A DNA stretch of 59,889 nt, the filler included. It is 7 parts of 7 records of this genome, joined end to end, with 100 filler letters (N's around TTAATTAATTAA, not from the genome) between each part and the next. Parts side by side here need not be neighbours in the genome. Positions count along the whole stretch, not along the records: positions 48,213 to 59,889 come from SRR31156797_18658; 6 more parts are not named here. One strand, written 5' to 3'. The notes beneath the pieces were generated by a model. That model worked only from the letters and a program-made list of their open reading frames with translations, was not told the origin of the DNA and made no database searches. Below, piece after piece: positions 58,805-59,889 of the stretch. Within the stretch, counting starts at the first letter, position 1, and each line of letters begins with the position of its first letter. The position numbers were made by a program, and so were the translations under genes.

Positions 58805-59889
58805 ATGAAAATAGGTAATAAAAAATTTAAACAAATCGATAAGGATACTATTCAAATATGGCAGTTTTCTACTAGAGGGTTAATTTTCGCGATTTTCTTT
58901 CTAACAGGAGCTTTAGTCACATTTCCAGTAATTATCCTCTCAGTATTTAAGGCACTTTTTAACTCTTCGGCAAGTATAAGTATCACTTTGGTTGCAAGCA
59001 CTATATCTCTATGTATATTGATATTTGTAACTCATTTATTTAAGCAAAGAATACGATTAAATAGGATAACAAAAATAATCGAATCAGCATATCCTCTATT
59101 TTTTATATCCAAAAAGACGAATTATCTTCTTTTATCGATAAATAAACGTACTGTACATTATAATTCCGGTGGGTTTTCATATGAGACTATTTTGTCAGAA
59201 GAGATAATTCATCCTAATAGCTTAAAATTAAAGTCGAAAATTTTTCTTAAAATATCGAATAGTGATAATAATTTTATCGAAGAATTAGATGCCTTTATGT
59301 TTCAACATGATAGTTCGGGCAATCCCGTAAATCTCGAAAAACAATTTGAGCAAATGGAAATATCAGATGCAAATGATGATCTACTTAAATTAAAACAAGC
59401 AAATATATACGCTTCTCAGAGGGAGTGGAAAAACACAGAACTCTATGCTCTAAAATTATTAAGTACTATGGAAAACCGTCAAAACCATTGCTCAAAAGAT
59501 TTCTTAATAGCGTCTGAAGCTACTGAATTACTGGGAAATATTCAAATCGAAAGAAAGAACTATAAAAGGGCAATACAATATTATGAACTGGCCTTACAAT
59601 ATGTTGAAGAGATTGCAAGCCTACAAGAAAGGTTTCTGTCTTTTCACAGCAACATCCTTTCAAGCTTGGCTAGTTCATACTTTAAAGTGGATATGACAGA
59701 GAAAGCGAGAGATTTGTTTATCAAAGCGAATAATAAAGGGTTTCTTTTCGAAGATTGGTATGCACAAGGCGCAGCACTTTGTGAGTTAAAATTAGGAAAT
59801 TCAAAAGCTGCATTAAAACTATTACAAGATAATTTTGATGAAACCGTATGTGAAACTTCTCTTATCTTTGCTGCTGATATTTATAGAAT
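58805..59889 (+). CDS. Membrane-anchored TPR-containing protein, runs off the window end
   Basis: Not in the track because it has no stop. SD GGAGG, frame open to the end, two N-terminal TMs, TPR-like LLGNIQIERKNYKRAIQYYELAL. Confidence 0.75.
   Translation, partial: MKIGNKKFKQIDKDTIQIWQFSTRGLIFAIFFLTGALVTFPVIILSVFKALFNSSASISITLVASTISLCILIFVTHLFKQRIRLNRITKIIESAYPLFFISKKTNYLLLSINKRTVHYNSGGFSYETILSEEIIHPNSLKLKSKIFLKISNSDNNFIEELDAFMFQHDSSGNPVNLEKQFEQMEISDANDDLLKLKQANIYASQREWKNTELYALKLLSTMENRQNHCSKDFLIASEATELLGNIQIERKNYKRAIQYYELALQYVEEIASLQERFLSFHSNILSSLASSYFKVDMTEKARDLFIKANNKGFLFEDWYAQGAALCELKLGNSKAALKLLQDNFDETVCETSLIFAADIYR

Overview
This window is not one locus. It is seven unrelated contigs joined by six identical artificial 100-nt spacers (44 N + TTAATTAATTAA + 44 N). 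Taxonomic calls are inferred from composition and gene style. A (1-9899, AT-rich, Arcobacter-like): a pilin-like gene fragment, two convergent GT-C/GT2/GtrA glycosylation triads, maf, transporters, an NlpC/P60 lipoprotein and the 3' end of alaS. B (10000-15509, GC-richer, Desulfobacterota-like): full-length Lhr helicase and a FliK-like gene. C (15610-21239, Bacteroidota-like): an NfeD-LytTR fusion, BtpA/SgcQ, DUF1080, a CPBP protease and a secreted hydrolase-like protein. D (21340-35259, Arcobacter-like): nhaD, nadB, a missed 41-aa lipoprotein, a DciA-like gene, M48/YgjP, an aminotransferase, a CDF transporter, a four-gene cyclic-nucleotide/envelope operon (MBL-GAF-HD-GYP; CHASE2 cyclase; FecR-domain beta protein; TPR/Slam-like outer-membrane protein) and part of uup. 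E (35360-42671, low-GC anaerobe): an MCP and a split-transketolase/isomerase/hydroxyacid-dehydrogenase sugar operon with palindromic repeats. F (42772-48112, Arcobacter-like): an orphan HEPN-motif protein whose N-terminus resembles phage tail-assembly proteins, def, Rid, a DadA-like oxidoreductase and a hybrid regulator. G (48213-59889, low-GC anaerobe): an MCP, a GghA-like glycosidase, a PKD/beta-helix lipoprotein, a WYL regulator with an epoxide hydrolase behind a PafBC-geometry promoter, a VOC gene with an in-frame TGA and a TPR protein. I saw no rRNA, tRNA, CRISPR array or transposase. The best novelty candidates are the tail-chaperone-like/HEPN fusion, the Slam-FecR-CHASE2 cyclase-dual PDE operon, the NfeD-LytTR fusion and the pilin-adjacent twin Gtr modules. 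All family calls come from motif recognition by eye, not database searches.
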